Below are positions 18,485-28,430 of a stretch of 32,795 bases of DNA, in pieces. This DNA is from Reclinomonas americana ATCC 50394 (taxonomy: Eukaryota), in the NCBI GenBank assembly GCA_048213135.1, contig PS015695.1:56751-89545 (forward strand), written 5' to 3'. The stretch's first letter is position 1. Each line of letters opens with the position of its first letter. The notes under the pieces were generated by a model. That model saw nothing but the letters and a program-made list of their open reading frames with translations, searched no databases and was not told the DNA's origin. The position numbers and the translations under genes are program-made.

Positions 18485-20368
18485 ATGCAGCTGATGGAGA
18501 ATGAGAACAAAGCGTCGACAAAGCGGGTCTTCAAGTTCGACATCCTGTACTTTATTGCCGTCTTCTTCGCCGTTCTGCTGATCCGGGATCTGCTTGTCGG
18601 TCAAGGCCACATCAAGGTCATTCCGTACAGCGAATTCCAGAGCCTGATCGAAAAGGACGCCGTCAGCGACCTGGTGGTCGGACCGACGGAGATCACCGGC
18701 GCTTACAAGCCGCCGGTCGAGAAGGACGCGCCCCAGCATTTCTCCACGGCTCGCGTCGAGCCGCAGATCGCCGACCTGCTGACCAAGCGCAATATATCGT
18801 TCTCGGGCAAAGCCGCGCCGGGCCTGTTCGAAAACCTGCTCTCGTGGCTGATGCCGGCGGCGATGTTCGTGTTGATCTGGATGTTTTTGCTGCGGCCAAT
18901 GATGGCCGGACAGCATGGCGGCCTGATGGGCATCGGGCGCAGCCGGGCGAAAGTCTATGGCGAGAGGTCTGTAAAGGTGACCTTCGCCGATGTCGCGGGC
19001 GTCGATGAAGCCAAGCAGGAGCTCGCCGAAGTCGTCGGTTTCCTTAAGGACCCGGCAACCTATGGCCGGCTCGGTGCGCGCATTCCCAAGGGCCTGCTTC
19101 TCGTCGGTCCGCCCGGAACCGGCAAGACGCTGCTGGCGCGTGCCGTCGCCGGGGAATCGGGGGTTCGCTTCTTTTCGATTACCGGTTCCGAATTCGTCGA
19201 GATGTTCGTCGGCGTCGGCGCTTCGCGCGTGCGCGACCTCTTCCAGCAGGCGCGCGAGCAGGCCCCCGCCATCGTCTTCATCGACGAACTCGATGCGCTC
19301 GGTCGCGCCCGCGGCGTCGATATGCCGGGCGGTGGACATGACGAAAAAGAGCAGACGCTCAATCAGCTGCTCGCCGAGATGGACGGCTTCGACCCGAGCA
19401 TCGGCATTGTCGTCCTGGCCGCGACGAACCGGCCAGAGATTCTCGATCCCGCGTTGCTGCGCGCCGGTCGCTTCGATCGCCAGGTTCTGGTCGACCGCCC
19501 CGATCGTCAGGGCCGGATCGACATACTGAACGTGCATCTGAAGAAGATCAGTGTGGCGCCCGAACTCGACGTCGCGGCGGTCGCGGCGCTCACGCCCGGC
19601 TTCACCGGCGCCGATCTCGCCAATCTGGTCAACGAAGCCGCGCTTGTGGCCACGCGCCGCGGCGCGAGCGCCACCGTGCTCGACGATTTCACGCAGGCCG
19701 TGGAACGTATCGTCGCCGGCCTGGAGAAGAAAAGCCGGATTCTCATTCCACGCGAGCGCCAGATCGTCGCCCATCACGAGATGGGACATGCGCTCGTCGC
19801 CATGGCGCTTCCCCAGAGCGACGTGGTGCAGAAGGTCTCGATCATCCCGCGCGGCATTGCTGCGCTCGGCTACACGCTCCAGCGGCCGACCGAGGATCGC
19901 TTCCTGATGAGCCAATCCGAACTGCAAGATCGCATGGCGGTGCTGCTTGGCGGTCGGGCCGCCGAAAGCCTGGTGTTCGAGGAGATTTCGACAGGCGCGG
20001 CGGACGATCTCGTCAAGGCGACGGACATCGCACGCAACATGGTGGTCCGGTTCGGCATGTCGAAGGAGCTGGGACAGGTCGCTTATGAACCGGAGACCGG
20101 CAGCTTCCTCGTCGGACAGACCCCGGTCTGGCGGCCGCGCACCTATAGTGATGAGACGGCCGAGGCCATCGATCACATGGTGAAAGACCTGATCGACCGC
20201 GCCTTCCAAAAGGCACGCGCGATCCTCGAGCGCAACCGCTCCGTGCTGGATAGCAGCGCGCGCGAACTCCTCGCGCGCGAAACGCTGGGGCCTGATGAGC
20301 TGGCCAAGCTGACCGCCGGTCTCTCGCGCGAGGCGTCGGGCCGGCCGGGGCTCGCTCTCGTCGAATGA
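18485..20368 (+). CDS. ftsH: ATP-dependent zinc metalloprotease FtsH (accessory paralogue)
   Basis: Two TM helices, [59 protein letters not shown]. Start is ATG 18485 or 18494. Confidence 0.95.
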   Translation: MQLMENENKASTKRVFKFDILYFIAVFFAVLLIRDLLVGQGHIKVIPYSEFQSLIEKDAVSDLVVGPTEITGAYKPPVEKDAPQHFSTARVEPQIADLLTKRNISFSGKAAPGLFENLLSWLMPAAMFVLIWMFLLRPMMAGQHGGLMGIGRSRAKVYGERSVKVTFADVAGVDEAKQELAEVVGFLKDPATYGRLGARIPKGLLLVGPPGTGKTLLARAVAGESGVRFFSITGSEFVEMFVGVGASRVRDLFQQAREQAPAIVFIDELDALGRARGVDMPGGGHDEKEQTLNQLLAEMDGFDPSIGIVVLAATNRPEILDPALLRAGRFDRQVLVDRPDRQGRIDILNVHLKKISVAPELDVAAVAALTPGFTGADLANLVNEAALVATRRGASATVLDDFTQAVERIVAGLEKKSRILIPRERQIVAHHEMGHALVAMALPQSDVVQKVSIIPRGIAALGYTLQRPTEDRFLMSQSELQDRMAVLLGGRAAESLVFEEISTGAADDLVKATDIARNMVVRFGMSKELGQVAYEPETGSFLVGQTPVWRPRTYSDETAEAIDHMVKDLIDRAFQKARAILERNRSVLDSSARELLARETLGPDELAKLTAGLSREASGRPGLALVE

Positions 20369-20429
20369 TGCGGATCAAACGCTGTCGGCTCCCTGCCGAG
20401 CCGGCGCATGCTGTTCAAGGGACCATAAA

Positions 20430-21416
20430 GTGCGCAGATCGCCTCTTGTCGTCATCGCCGTCTTGGTCGCAACCGCCGCGGCCGGCGGCTATGTCTATTG
20501 GCTCGGTACGCAGAACCGGGTTCCGGCAGGCCTGGCGCGAGTGAATGGAAGGATCGAGGTCGAGCGGGTCGACATCACCAGCAAATATGCCGGGCGACTG
20601 GCTGAAGTCCTGGTCAACGAGGGCGCGAACGTCAACAAGGGCGACGTGCTTGCCCGGCTCGATACGAGCGAGATCCAGGCCCAGTTGACGGCCGCGCGCG
20701 CCGCCGTCCATCGCAGCCATCAGAGCGTCGCCAGCGCGCAAGCGAGTGTTGCCCTGCGCGAGGCTGAACTCAATCTTGCGCAAGTCGAACTCCAGCGTGT
20801 CGTCGACCTCATGCGAACGAACACTTCGACCCAGGCCGAGCTCGATCGCCGCACGGCGCAACGCGACATTTCAAGAGCGTCTCTGCAGACCGCTAAAGCC
20901 GCGGTCGAGGACGCCAAGGCCTCGGTGGAGGTTGCCGAGGCGCAGGTCAGCCAGATCGAAGCCGCCATTGCCGACATGACGTTGAAGGCCCCGGTATCAG
21001 GCCGCGTCGAGTACCGTCTCGCCCGAACCGGCGAGGTCGTCGGCGCCGGGGGGCGCATATTGACGGTCTTCGACCTCTCGGACGCCCATATGACGATCTA
21101 TCTTCCGACGGCCTCGGCCGGTCGTGTGGCGGTTGGCGCGCACGCGCGCCTCGTGCTGGACGGCCCGGGCGGCTACGTCTTGCCGGCGATCGTGTCGTTC
21201 GTTTCGGCCGACGCGCAGTTCACACCGAAATTCGTCGAGACGGCGAATGAGCGCGAGAAGCTGATGTATCGCGTCAAGCTGCATCTCGACCCGGCGCTGG
21301 TCGCCTCCGAGCGGGGCTATGTCAAGGCGGGGATGACCGGCAACGCCTATGTTCCGGTGACCCCAGACGCGCTTTGGCCAACCGAACTTGCGCCGAGGCT
21401 GCCCGATGAAGGCTGA
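20430..21416 (+). CDS. yhiI: HlyD-family membrane fusion protein (YhiI-like)
   Basis: N-terminal TM, NGRIE, V.EG..V.KGDVLARLD, coiled coil, LKAPVSGRV, AQFTPKFVET.NEREKLMYRVK. Confidence 0.9.
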   Translation: MRRSPLVVIAVLVATAAAGGYVYWLGTQNRVPAGLARVNGRIEVERVDITSKYAGRLAEVLVNEGANVNKGDVLARLDTSEIQAQLTAARAAVHRSHQSVASAQASVALREAELNLAQVELQRVVDLMRTNTSTQAELDRRTAQRDISRASLQTAKAAVEDAKASVEVAEAQVSQIEAAIADMTLKAPVSGRVEYRLARTGEVVGAGGRILTVFDLSDAHMTIYLPTASAGRVAVGAHARLVLDGPGGYVLPAIVSFVSADAQFTPKFVETANEREKLMYRVKLHLDPALVASERGYVKAGMTGNAYVPVTPDALWPTELAPRLPDEG

Positions 21417-24174
21417 GCCCGCCACAGCCGTCAGCCTGTCGGGCGTCCAACATGCCTATGGGAAGGTGATCGCTCTTCGCAGTCTGGCTCTGACCATTCC
21501 GCGAGGGTGCAAGCTCGCCATCGTCGGCCCGGACGGGGTCGGCAAGTCGACCTTGCTCGGCTTGATCGCGGGGGTTCGCCGCATTCAGCGCGGTTCGGTC
21601 AATGTGCTGGGCGGCGACATGGCTTCGGCGGCGCACCGCCGCGAGGCCGCGCCCCGCATCGCCTATATGCCGCAAGGGCTCGGACGCAATCTCTACCCGA
21701 CCTTGTCGGTCTACGAGAACATCGACTTCTTCTCCCGGCTGTACAGCCAGCCGGACGATAGTCGGCGTCGGCGCATCGACGAGCTCATGCGGGTCACCGG
21801 GCTGTTTCCGTTCGCCGATCGCCCGGCGGGAAAGCTCTCCGGCGGGATGAAGCAGAAGCTCGGGCTGTGTTGCGCGCTGGTTCATGATCCCGATCTCCTC
21901 ATTCTGGACGAACCGACGACCGGCATCGACCCGTTGTCGCGCCGCCAGTTCTGGACGTTGATCGGACGTATCCAGGCCGAGAGGCCGACCATGACGGTGA
22001 TCGTGGCGACCGCGTACATGGAGGAGGCTGGCGCCTTTGATCGCATCGTGGCAATCGACGATGGCGCGATCATTGCGGACGGGAGCCAGGCAGAACTGCT
22101 TGCGCGCGCCGGCGCCACCACTCTCGAACAGGCCTATATCGAGCTACAGCGTCCGGAACGGCGCGGGGCGCGCGCGGCGCCGTCCGTGCCGCGTCTCGAA
22201 CCCGACGGCGGACCGCCGGCCATCGTGGCCGAAGGCCTGACCATGCGCTTCGGCGATTTCACCGCGGTCGATCATGTCAGCTTTCGCATCGAGCGCGGCG
22301 AGATTTTCGGCTTCCTCGGCTCCAATGGCTGCGGCAAGACGACGACGATGAAGATGTTGACCGGGCTGCTTCCGGCGACCGAAGGTCATGCCGAGCTCCT
22401 GGGCAAGGCGGTCGATGCGCGCGACATCTCGACGAGGACGCGGATCGGCTACGTCTCGCAGTCTTTTTCGCTTTACGAAGAGCTGACCGTGCGCGGCAAT
22501 CTCGAGCTGCACGGACGACTGTGCGGCATCGGCGGCAAGGGGCTGCGTGAGCGGGTGGATGAGGCCTTGTCACGCTTCGAGCTCGGCAAGGTCGCCGAGA
22601 CGCTGCCGGACGCCTTGCCCTTGGGCATGCGCCAACGCCTTCAGCTGGCGGCGGCATGCCTGCACCGGCCGGACGTCCTGATCCTGGACGAGCCCACCTC
22701 GGGCGTCGATCCGGCGGCTCGCGACCGCTTCTGGAGCCTTCTGCTCGAGATGTCGCGCCGCGACGGGGTGACGATCTTCATCTCGACGCATTTCATGAAC
22801 GAGGCCGAGCGCTGCGACCGCGTCTCTCTCATGCATGCGGGCCGCGTGCTGGCGGTCGGCGCGCCACGCGAGCTCCAGGCCGCACGTGAGGCCGCAAGCC
22901 TCGAGGATGCCTTCGTCGCCTATTTGGAAGATGCGGCGGGTACGGGTGTTGGCGAGCCGTCCGTGACTGATGAAGCGGTTGGCGTGATCGAGCCGACCTC
23001 AGTGAGGCTGAACGACAATGCCGAGGTGGCGCAAACGCCGCGCCTTGCTTCGATGAAGCGGATCTGGACGTTTGCACGCCGGGAGGCGCTCGAGCTCAGC
23101 CGGGATCGCATCCGGCTGGCCTTCGCGCTGATCGGTCCGCTGCTGCTGATGGCGGCGTTCGGCTACGGGATATCGTTTGATATCGAAGGTTTGCGCTACG
23201 CGGCGCTCGACCGTGACCAATCTTTGGAAAGCCGGGCGTTTCTCGACCAGTTCTCGAACTCGCGGTACTTCGTCGAGCAGGCACGTCTAAACGACGATGT
23301 CGACATCGACCGGCGACTGCGCGCCGGCGAGCTGAAATTCGCCATCGACGTCCCACCCGGCTTCGGCCGCGAGCTTTTACAGGGCCACAGGCCCGAGGTC
23401 GGCTTCTGGCTCGACGGCGGCAATACCTTCCCCGCCGAGACCGCGCGCGCCTACATTCTTGGAACGCTTCAGACCTACGCCGGCGAGCTGGCGCGCGCCG
23501 CCAATCGCGCCAACGGACTGCCAGCCGAGACGCTGCGGGTCGAGCCGCGCTTTCGTTACAATCAGGATTTCCGTTCCGTCGTCGCGATCACGCCGGGATC
23601 GATCATGCTGCTGCTGATCATCTTCCCGGCGATGCTGACCGCCCTCGGCGTCGTGCGGGAGAAGGAGATGGGGTCGATCGCGAATGTCTATGCTTCGCCG
23701 GCGACGGTCGGCGAGTATCTGCTCGGAAAACAGCTCCCCTATGTTGTGATCGGCGTCCTGAGCTATCTCAGCCTGCTGGCTTTCGCCGGTGGCGTACTGG
23801 GCGTGGTGCCGAAGGGCTCGCTGCTGGCGCTCTCGCTCGCAGCCCTGATCTATGTCTACGCCGCGACGGCATTCGGGCTTCTCGTGTCCGCCTTCGTCTC
23901 GACCCAGGTCGCCGCGATCTTCGGCACCGCGATCCTGACGGCGATGACCGCAGCGCATTATTCGGGCTTCCTGATCCCGGCCTCCTCGCTCGAGGGGCCG
24001 GGCCGCATCATGGGCCTGTCCTTCCCGCCGCTTTGGTTTCAGACCATCAGCCTTGGCGTGTTCGCCAAGGGCCTCGACACGCCAGCGTTCGCCCGCGAGC
24101 TTCTGATGCTGGCGGGGTTCGCGCTTGGTTTCCTGCTGCTAGCACGTCTTTTGATCCGCAAGCAGGGGACGTAG
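21406..24174 (+). CDS. rbbA: Ribosome-associated ATPase / ABC transporter RbbA (two NBDs fused to a permease)
   Basis: GPDGVGKS, YMPQGLGRNLYPTLSV, LSGGMKQK, GSNGCGKTT, LPLGMRQR, STHFMNEAERCDR and a C-terminal ABC-2 permease. Confidence 0.93.
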   Translation: MKAEPATAVSLSGVQHAYGKVIALRSLALTIPRGCKLAIVGPDGVGKSTLLGLIAGVRRIQRGSVNVLGGDMASAAHRREAAPRIAYMPQGLGRNLYPTLSVYENIDFFSRLYSQPDDSRRRRIDELMRVTGLFPFADRPAGKLSGGMKQKLGLCCALVHDPDLLILDEPTTGIDPLSRRQFWTLIGRIQAERPTMTVIVATAYMEEAGAFDRIVAIDDGAIIADGSQAELLARAGATTLEQAYIELQRPERRGARAAPSVPRLEPDGGPPAIVAEGLTMRFGDFTAVDHVSFRIERGEIFGFLGSNGCGKTTTMKMLTGLLPATEGHAELLGKAVDARDISTRTRIGYVSQSFSLYEELTVRGNLELHGRLCGIGGKGLRERVDEALSRFELGKVAETLPDALPLGMRQRLQLAAACLHRPDVLILDEPTSGVDPAARDRFWSLLLEMSRRDGVTIFISTHFMNEAERCDRVSLMHAGRVLAVGAPRELQAAREAASLEDAFVAYLEDAAGTGVGEPSVTDEAVGVIEPTSVRLNDNAEVAQTPRLASMKRIWTFARREALELSRDRIRLAFALIGPLLLMAAFGYGISFDIEGLRYAALDRDQSLESRAFLDQFSNSRYFVEQARLNDDVDIDRRLRAGELKFAIDVPPGFGRELLQGHRPEVGFWLDGGNTFPAETARAYILGTLQTYAGELARAANRANGLPAETLRVEPRFRYNQDFRSVVAITPGSIMLLLIIFPAMLTALGVVREKEMGSIANVYASPATVGEYLLGKQLPYVVIGVLSYLSLLAFAGGVLGVVPKGSLLALSLAALIYVYAATAFGLLVSAFVSTQVAAIFGTAILTAMTAAHYSGFLIPASSLEGPGRIMGLSFPPLWFQTISLGVFAKGLDTPAFARELLMLAGFALGFLLLARLLIRKQGT

Positions 24175-24176
24175 CG

Positions 24177-25304
24177 ATGCGGCGCTGGATCGCAAATGCC
24201 TTCCGTCTCGGCGTCAAGGAATTCGCCAGTCTGTCGCGCGATGTCGTGATGGTGGTGCTCATCGGCTACGTCTTCACCTTCGCTGTCTATTCCGAAGCGA
24301 CAGCCATGCGAACCGACGTCAACGACGCCAAGGTGGCCGTCATCGACGGCGATCGCTCGACCCTCTCGGGCCGGATCAAGGACGCGCTGCGGCCTCCCTA
24401 TTTTCGGCCGGCGATCGAGATTGACCGCTCGAGCCTCGACGGCTTGATGGACAAGGGCGCCTTCACGTTCGTTCTCGACATTCCGCATGGTCTGGAAGCC
24501 GATTTTCTCGCCGGCCGCAACCCGACTGTTCAGGTCAATGTCGATGCCACCAGCATCTCACAGGCCGGCGTCGGCACCGCCTATATCCAGGAGATCGTCG
24601 CGCAGGAGACAACACGCTTCCTCAAGCAGGCCCCCGTCGAGACGCTCGCCCCGGTCAACCCGGTGATCCGCGCGATGTTCAACCCGAACCTCGAAGCCAT
24701 CAGCTTCACGGCCAGCATGGGCGTCATCAACAATGTCACCATCCTCGCCATCATTCTGGTCGGTGCCGCGGTGATGCGGGAACGGGAGCATGGCACAATC
24801 GAGCATCTTCTGGTTATGCCGGTGAGCGCCAGTGAGATCATCGCCGGCAAGATCTGGGCAAACGGGCTGGTCATATTGCTGGCAGCCGCGTTCTCGCTTC
24901 ACGTCGTGGTCGAGGTTGTCCTGCGCACACAGATCGTCGGCTCGATCGAGCTGTTTCTTGCCGGAACGGCCATCTATCTCTTCGCTGTGACGTCGCTCGG
25001 CATCCTCCTCGCCACCGTCGCGAACTCCATGCCGCAATTCGCGCTGCTCTCCATCCCGGTCTTCGTGCTCATGTTCCTGCTGTCCGGCTCCTTCACGCCG
25101 TTCGAGAGCATGCCGCGCGCGCTCCAGGCGATCATGGACCTGTCACCATCGACGCATTTCGTGCGCTTCGCTCAAGCCGTACTTTACCGCGGTGCTGGCG
25201 GTGATGTCGTCTGGCGCGATCTTCTGGTCATGGCAGGGCTCGGCGCGGGGTTCGTGTCGGTTGCTCTTTACCGCTTCAAAGCCATGCTCGCGCGCCCGTC
25301 GTGA
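24177..25304 (+). CDS. yhhJ: ABC-2 type permease YhhJ-like
   Basis: FRLGVKEF.SL.RD, VNVDAT, FNPNL, REREHGTIEHLLVMPV, LSGSFTPFESMP, AVLYRGAG. Confidence 0.92.
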   Translation: MRRWIANAFRLGVKEFASLSRDVVMVVLIGYVFTFAVYSEATAMRTDVNDAKVAVIDGDRSTLSGRIKDALRPPYFRPAIEIDRSSLDGLMDKGAFTFVLDIPHGLEADFLAGRNPTVQVNVDATSISQAGVGTAYIQEIVAQETTRFLKQAPVETLAPVNPVIRAMFNPNLEAISFTASMGVINNVTILAIILVGAAVMREREHGTIEHLLVMPVSASEIIAGKIWANGLVILLAAAFSLHVVVEVVLRTQIVGSIELFLAGTAIYLFAVTSLGILLATVANSMPQFALLSIPVFVLMFLLSGSFTPFESMPRALQAIMDLSPSTHFVRFAQAVLYRGAGGDVVWRDLLVMAGLGAGFVSVALYRFKAMLARPS

Positions 25305-25365
25305 CGATCGGCCTCGAGGGTGCGACGCGCGGGTCGAGGCTTGTCCGCATGGGACTCGACGGCAG

Positions 25366-26604
25366 CTAGCGACTTGCCGTCGGTTCCGGCATGAGAAGGC
25401 GGGGCAGACGTATGCTGGCCAACAGTGTGGCCAGGATGAGCAATGCAGCGAGGAGAAAGCTCGCATCGGGCAGGACCGGCAAATTGAACAGCGCGCCGCC
25501 CGCTACAGATCCCAGGGCCTGGCCGAGACTGGCAGCGGCAGTCATGCGACCGAGCTGTGCGCCCTGGCTTGTCGGAATGCCAAAGGAAGACCAGTAGGTG
25601 GCGACCGGCGACAGCAGGCCGGCGCTCGCTGCCACCAGTGCGACTGCAACCGACATCAAAACAGACGTGTTAACGACCGAAACGACGACCAGCCCGATGG
25701 CAAGCGTCGCCAAACCAGGCGCAATGAACCAGCGCGTGAACTCTGGCTTGATGAGAGGCGAGAATACCAAGGCTTGCACGACCGCCATCACCAGGCTGCA
25801 CTCGGCAAACATGATGCCGATATGCGCAGCGTCGAGACCAAGGTCCTTGCCGCGCAGCGCCAGTCCGACTTCGAAGACGCCAATTGCGAGGGCCGTCACC
25901 AGCGCGATCGCGAGGAGCCGCAGCATGGCGGGCCGTTCGATCTGCGCGGTGTCGGGTGTCACATCGACGTTGTCGCGGCGCGAGCCCGAGGGAAGCAGGA
26001 TCACCACCGACACGGCTGCGATCACGGCCAGCCCTGTCGCCGTGAGCAGCGGCATCGCAAGAGAGCGATCGGGTGAGAGAATCCAGACTCTGCCAGCGAC
26101 ACGCATCGCCAGCCCACCGAGCAGAGGCCCGATGAAGAAGCCGGCGGTGCCCGCTATATTGATCAGCGCGAAGCGATGGGCGCGCCATTCTTTCGACGGC
26201 GCATAGTCGCCGATGAGCGCATAGGCGACAGGTGTGATAGCGGCGGCGAATAGGCCGCCGAGAAAGCGGCCGAGATAGAGAAGCGGGAGACTTTCCGTGA
26301 CGGCAAAGAATCCGGTGGTCACCGCGAAACCCAGAAGGCCGACCAGGATGATCGGCTTGCGCCCGCACCGATCGGAAATCCGTCCCCAGATCGGAGCGCC
26401 GATGAAGATCGCGATGATGTACGCGCCCGTCAGTAGCCCCGTATGCCATGACAAGGCCTGTGGCGTGCTCGCGCCGGCGATCTGCTCGATCAGGAAAGGC
26501 AAGATCGGCAGAGCGACGCCATAGCCGACCGTGATCGCGAACATTGCCACCAGCACCGCCGAAAGCCCGCGCCAACCGAGGCTCTCCGGTTCAGTTGCAG
26601 CCAT
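25366..26604 (-). CDS. MFS efflux transporter (DHA1, TetA/Bmr-like)
   Basis: Motif A WGRISDRCGRK, GRFLGG, motif C GFFIGPLLGG and about 12 TM segments. ATG at 26604 (alternative TTG 26667). Confidence 0.85.
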   Translation of the reverse strand: MAATEPESLGWRGLSAVLVAMFAITVGYGVALPILPFLIEQIAGASTPQALSWHTGLLTGAYIIAIFIGAPIWGRISDRCGRKPIILVGLLGFAVTTGFFAVTESLPLLYLGRFLGGLFAAAITPVAYALIGDYAPSKEWRAHRFALINIAGTAGFFIGPLLGGLAMRVAGRVWILSPDRSLAMPLLTATGLAVIAAVSVVILLPSGSRRDNVDVTPDTAQIERPAMLRLLAIALVTALAIGVFEVGLALRGKDLGLDAAHIGIMFAECSLVMAVVQALVFSPLIKPEFTRWFIAPGLATLAIGLVVVSVVNTSVLMSVAVALVAASAGLLSPVATYWSSFGIPTSQGAQLGRMTAAASLGQALGSVAGGALFNLPVLPDASFLLAALLILATLLASIRLPRLLMPEPTASR

Positions 26605-26824
26605 GGCACAGAGCCGATCTTGTATGAGAACACCGGTCGCGCTCTGCGCCTGACGCGGCTCTTGCAATTTCTAGGTGGGCGAACAGCCAATTGAGCTGCA
26701 AAGCGTTCGACACCATTTCATCCACGCCCTTCGACGAGACGTCGCGCGCGAGCCGACCAGCGGGGCGCCAAGGGCTTGACGAGCGACCGAAGCTTCGAGC
26801 TAGACTTGGGATTCAACGAAGTCT

Positions 26825-26838
26825 TTAATCCGCATCAA
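26825..26838 (-). promoter_or_regulatory. FNR/FixK-like box between the divergent MFS and nuclease genes
   Basis: The minus strand reads C-TTGAT-GCGG-ATTAA-AGA. Confidence 0.7.
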
Positions 26839-26947
26839 GCTTTTAGCCGACATCGTCGTTTGTTCGTGCTCCAGACGACGATCAGCCATGCTAGGTACAA
26901 GAATCGATGTCTGGCGCTAGCCTGACCGGGGAAGAGCGTCCGACACC

Positions 26948-28255
26948 ATGTCCGAAGCCTTGTTATCGTCTGTTCCCGTACCTCACGCCGACCTGTTGCG
27001 CGAGCTGATCCGACGCTGGCGCGATGACCCAGGCGCAACCTACCGCTCGTGGTTCTTGTGGGACGAGCGATTGAAGAACTTCCGCTCGATACGGCGCGGT
27101 CTGCAGGTGGTGGTCGCCGAAATCGAAGCAGGCCGTTTCGGCGTCGCCTATCGAGGCTCGTCGCTCGAAACGGTGGTTCATTCGATCGCCGAGCAACGCC
27201 AGATATTCAAAGGTGCGGACCATGCCTGGCTGTGGAAGCCGAAGCTGCGCATCCCCGACATCTACGAAAGTCCAGAAAACCAACGCGCGTTCGGACGATT
27301 GCTCGACAACTGCTCATGTTGCGACACCGCCGAGGAGGTCATAGGTCACATCCGGGCGATCGATCAGCGCAAGATCAAGGGATTGGGACCTGCCGCCGCC
27401 AATCTTCTCTACTTCCTGCATCCGACCCTGATCCCGCCGTTCAACACTGCCATCGTCAACGGCTACAACGCCGTAAGCGGCGCCAAGGTAAAGCTCGGTT
27501 CGTGGGACCACTTCCTGGCGATGCGCGCCGGTATCCTCGATCTCAACGACTGCTACCGCGACCTTCTATCCAATGACCTAGGCGCGATCGGCGGATTCTT
27601 GTTCGACGTCGGCTCGGGGCGTTACCCCGCCCCGCCGCTCGATCAAGAGGGCTCTGCCGCCCGCGACTGGCTGGGCCAGCTGGAGCAGGCGCGCGCTGAG
27701 GCAAGCCGCCTCGACAAGGCGGTGGCAGCGCAGGGCGAGACCGATCGCACCCATGCGGAGATTCAGGCATGGTTGCGCGATCTCGGTCTTGCGCTTGGCC
27801 ATGACGTGTGGATCGCCGCCAACGATCGCGGCCGGCTTCATCAGGGCGTCCCCTTAGGCCAAGGGTGCCTAGAGCGGTTACCGGATGCCATCGCAACTTC
27901 GCCCGGCGCGGACTCGATCCGGCTGATCGACGTGCTGTGGCTCTCCAAAGGCGGAGGCGTCGCGGCCGCCTTCGAGGTCGAACACTCGACATCGATCTAC
28001 TCGGGAATCGTGCGCATGCTTGACTTGGCATTGTCGGGCGGCGACCTGCACGCGACCGCAGGTCTGTTCCTGGTCGCGCCGGACGCGCGTGAGGCAGACG
28101 TGCGTGCCCAGCTCCGCCGCCCGGCGTTCAGCCGGATCGCCGATCTGGATTTCGCCTACCTCGCCTATGGCGAGCTTGAGAGGAACAAAGACGCGATCGC
28201 CCGCTTCGGGTCAGACCTCAAAGCAATCAGAGCCATAGCGAGTCCGCTTCCTTGA
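26948..28255 (+). CDS. Conserved-looking protein with HhH-like N-terminal half and restriction-endonuclease-like C-terminal domain
   Basis: IKGLGPAAANLLYFLHP (HhH-like), a helical linker, then THAEIQ..L..LG...G..VW.A.ND, IDVLW and AAFEVEHSTSIYSGIVRMLDL. Confidence 0.7.
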   Translation: MSEALLSSVPVPHADLLRELIRRWRDDPGATYRSWFLWDERLKNFRSIRRGLQVVVAEIEAGRFGVAYRGSSLETVVHSIAEQRQIFKGADHAWLWKPKLRIPDIYESPENQRAFGRLLDNCSCCDTAEEVIGHIRAIDQRKIKGLGPAAANLLYFLHPTLIPPFNTAIVNGYNAVSGAKVKLGSWDHFLAMRAGILDLNDCYRDLLSNDLGAIGGFLFDVGSGRYPAPPLDQEGSAARDWLGQLEQARAEASRLDKAVAAQGETDRTHAEIQAWLRDLGLALGHDVWIAANDRGRLHQGVPLGQGCLERLPDAIATSPGADSIRLIDVLWLSKGGGVAAAFEVEHSTSIYSGIVRMLDLALSGGDLHATAGLFLVAPDAREADVRAQLRRPAFSRIADLDFAYLAYGELERNKDAIARFGSDLKAIRAIASPLP

Positions 28256-28430
28256 CGCGAGAGCCGTCGCGCGTCGTCCTGGCCAGGCTGTTGTGGAATG
28301 CCGCCCTTTGCTGGCGGTCGTCCCGACCCTACGAAAGGCCGTGTCCGATGAGCATACCTGCAAAGGCGGGACATCAGAGCCAGATCGATTCAACGTCGAT
28401 CCGATTCATCGAACTGCCGGGACCCAAGAC

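Noticed and set aside
18365-20209. 614-aa antisense ORF over ftsH (similarly 419-1948, 3684-4646, 15783-16976, 30233-31435)
   Set aside because: Shadow ORFs typical of high-GC coding DNA, with no recognisable motifs.
25366-26604. Tetracycline resistance (tetA) call for the MFS gene
   Set aside because: Only generic DHA1 motifs are present and there is no TetR. The substrate cannot be assigned.
28330-28353. Hammerhead-like words (CGAAA, CCGATGAG)
   Set aside because: Only about 8 nt separate them, too short for stems I and III.
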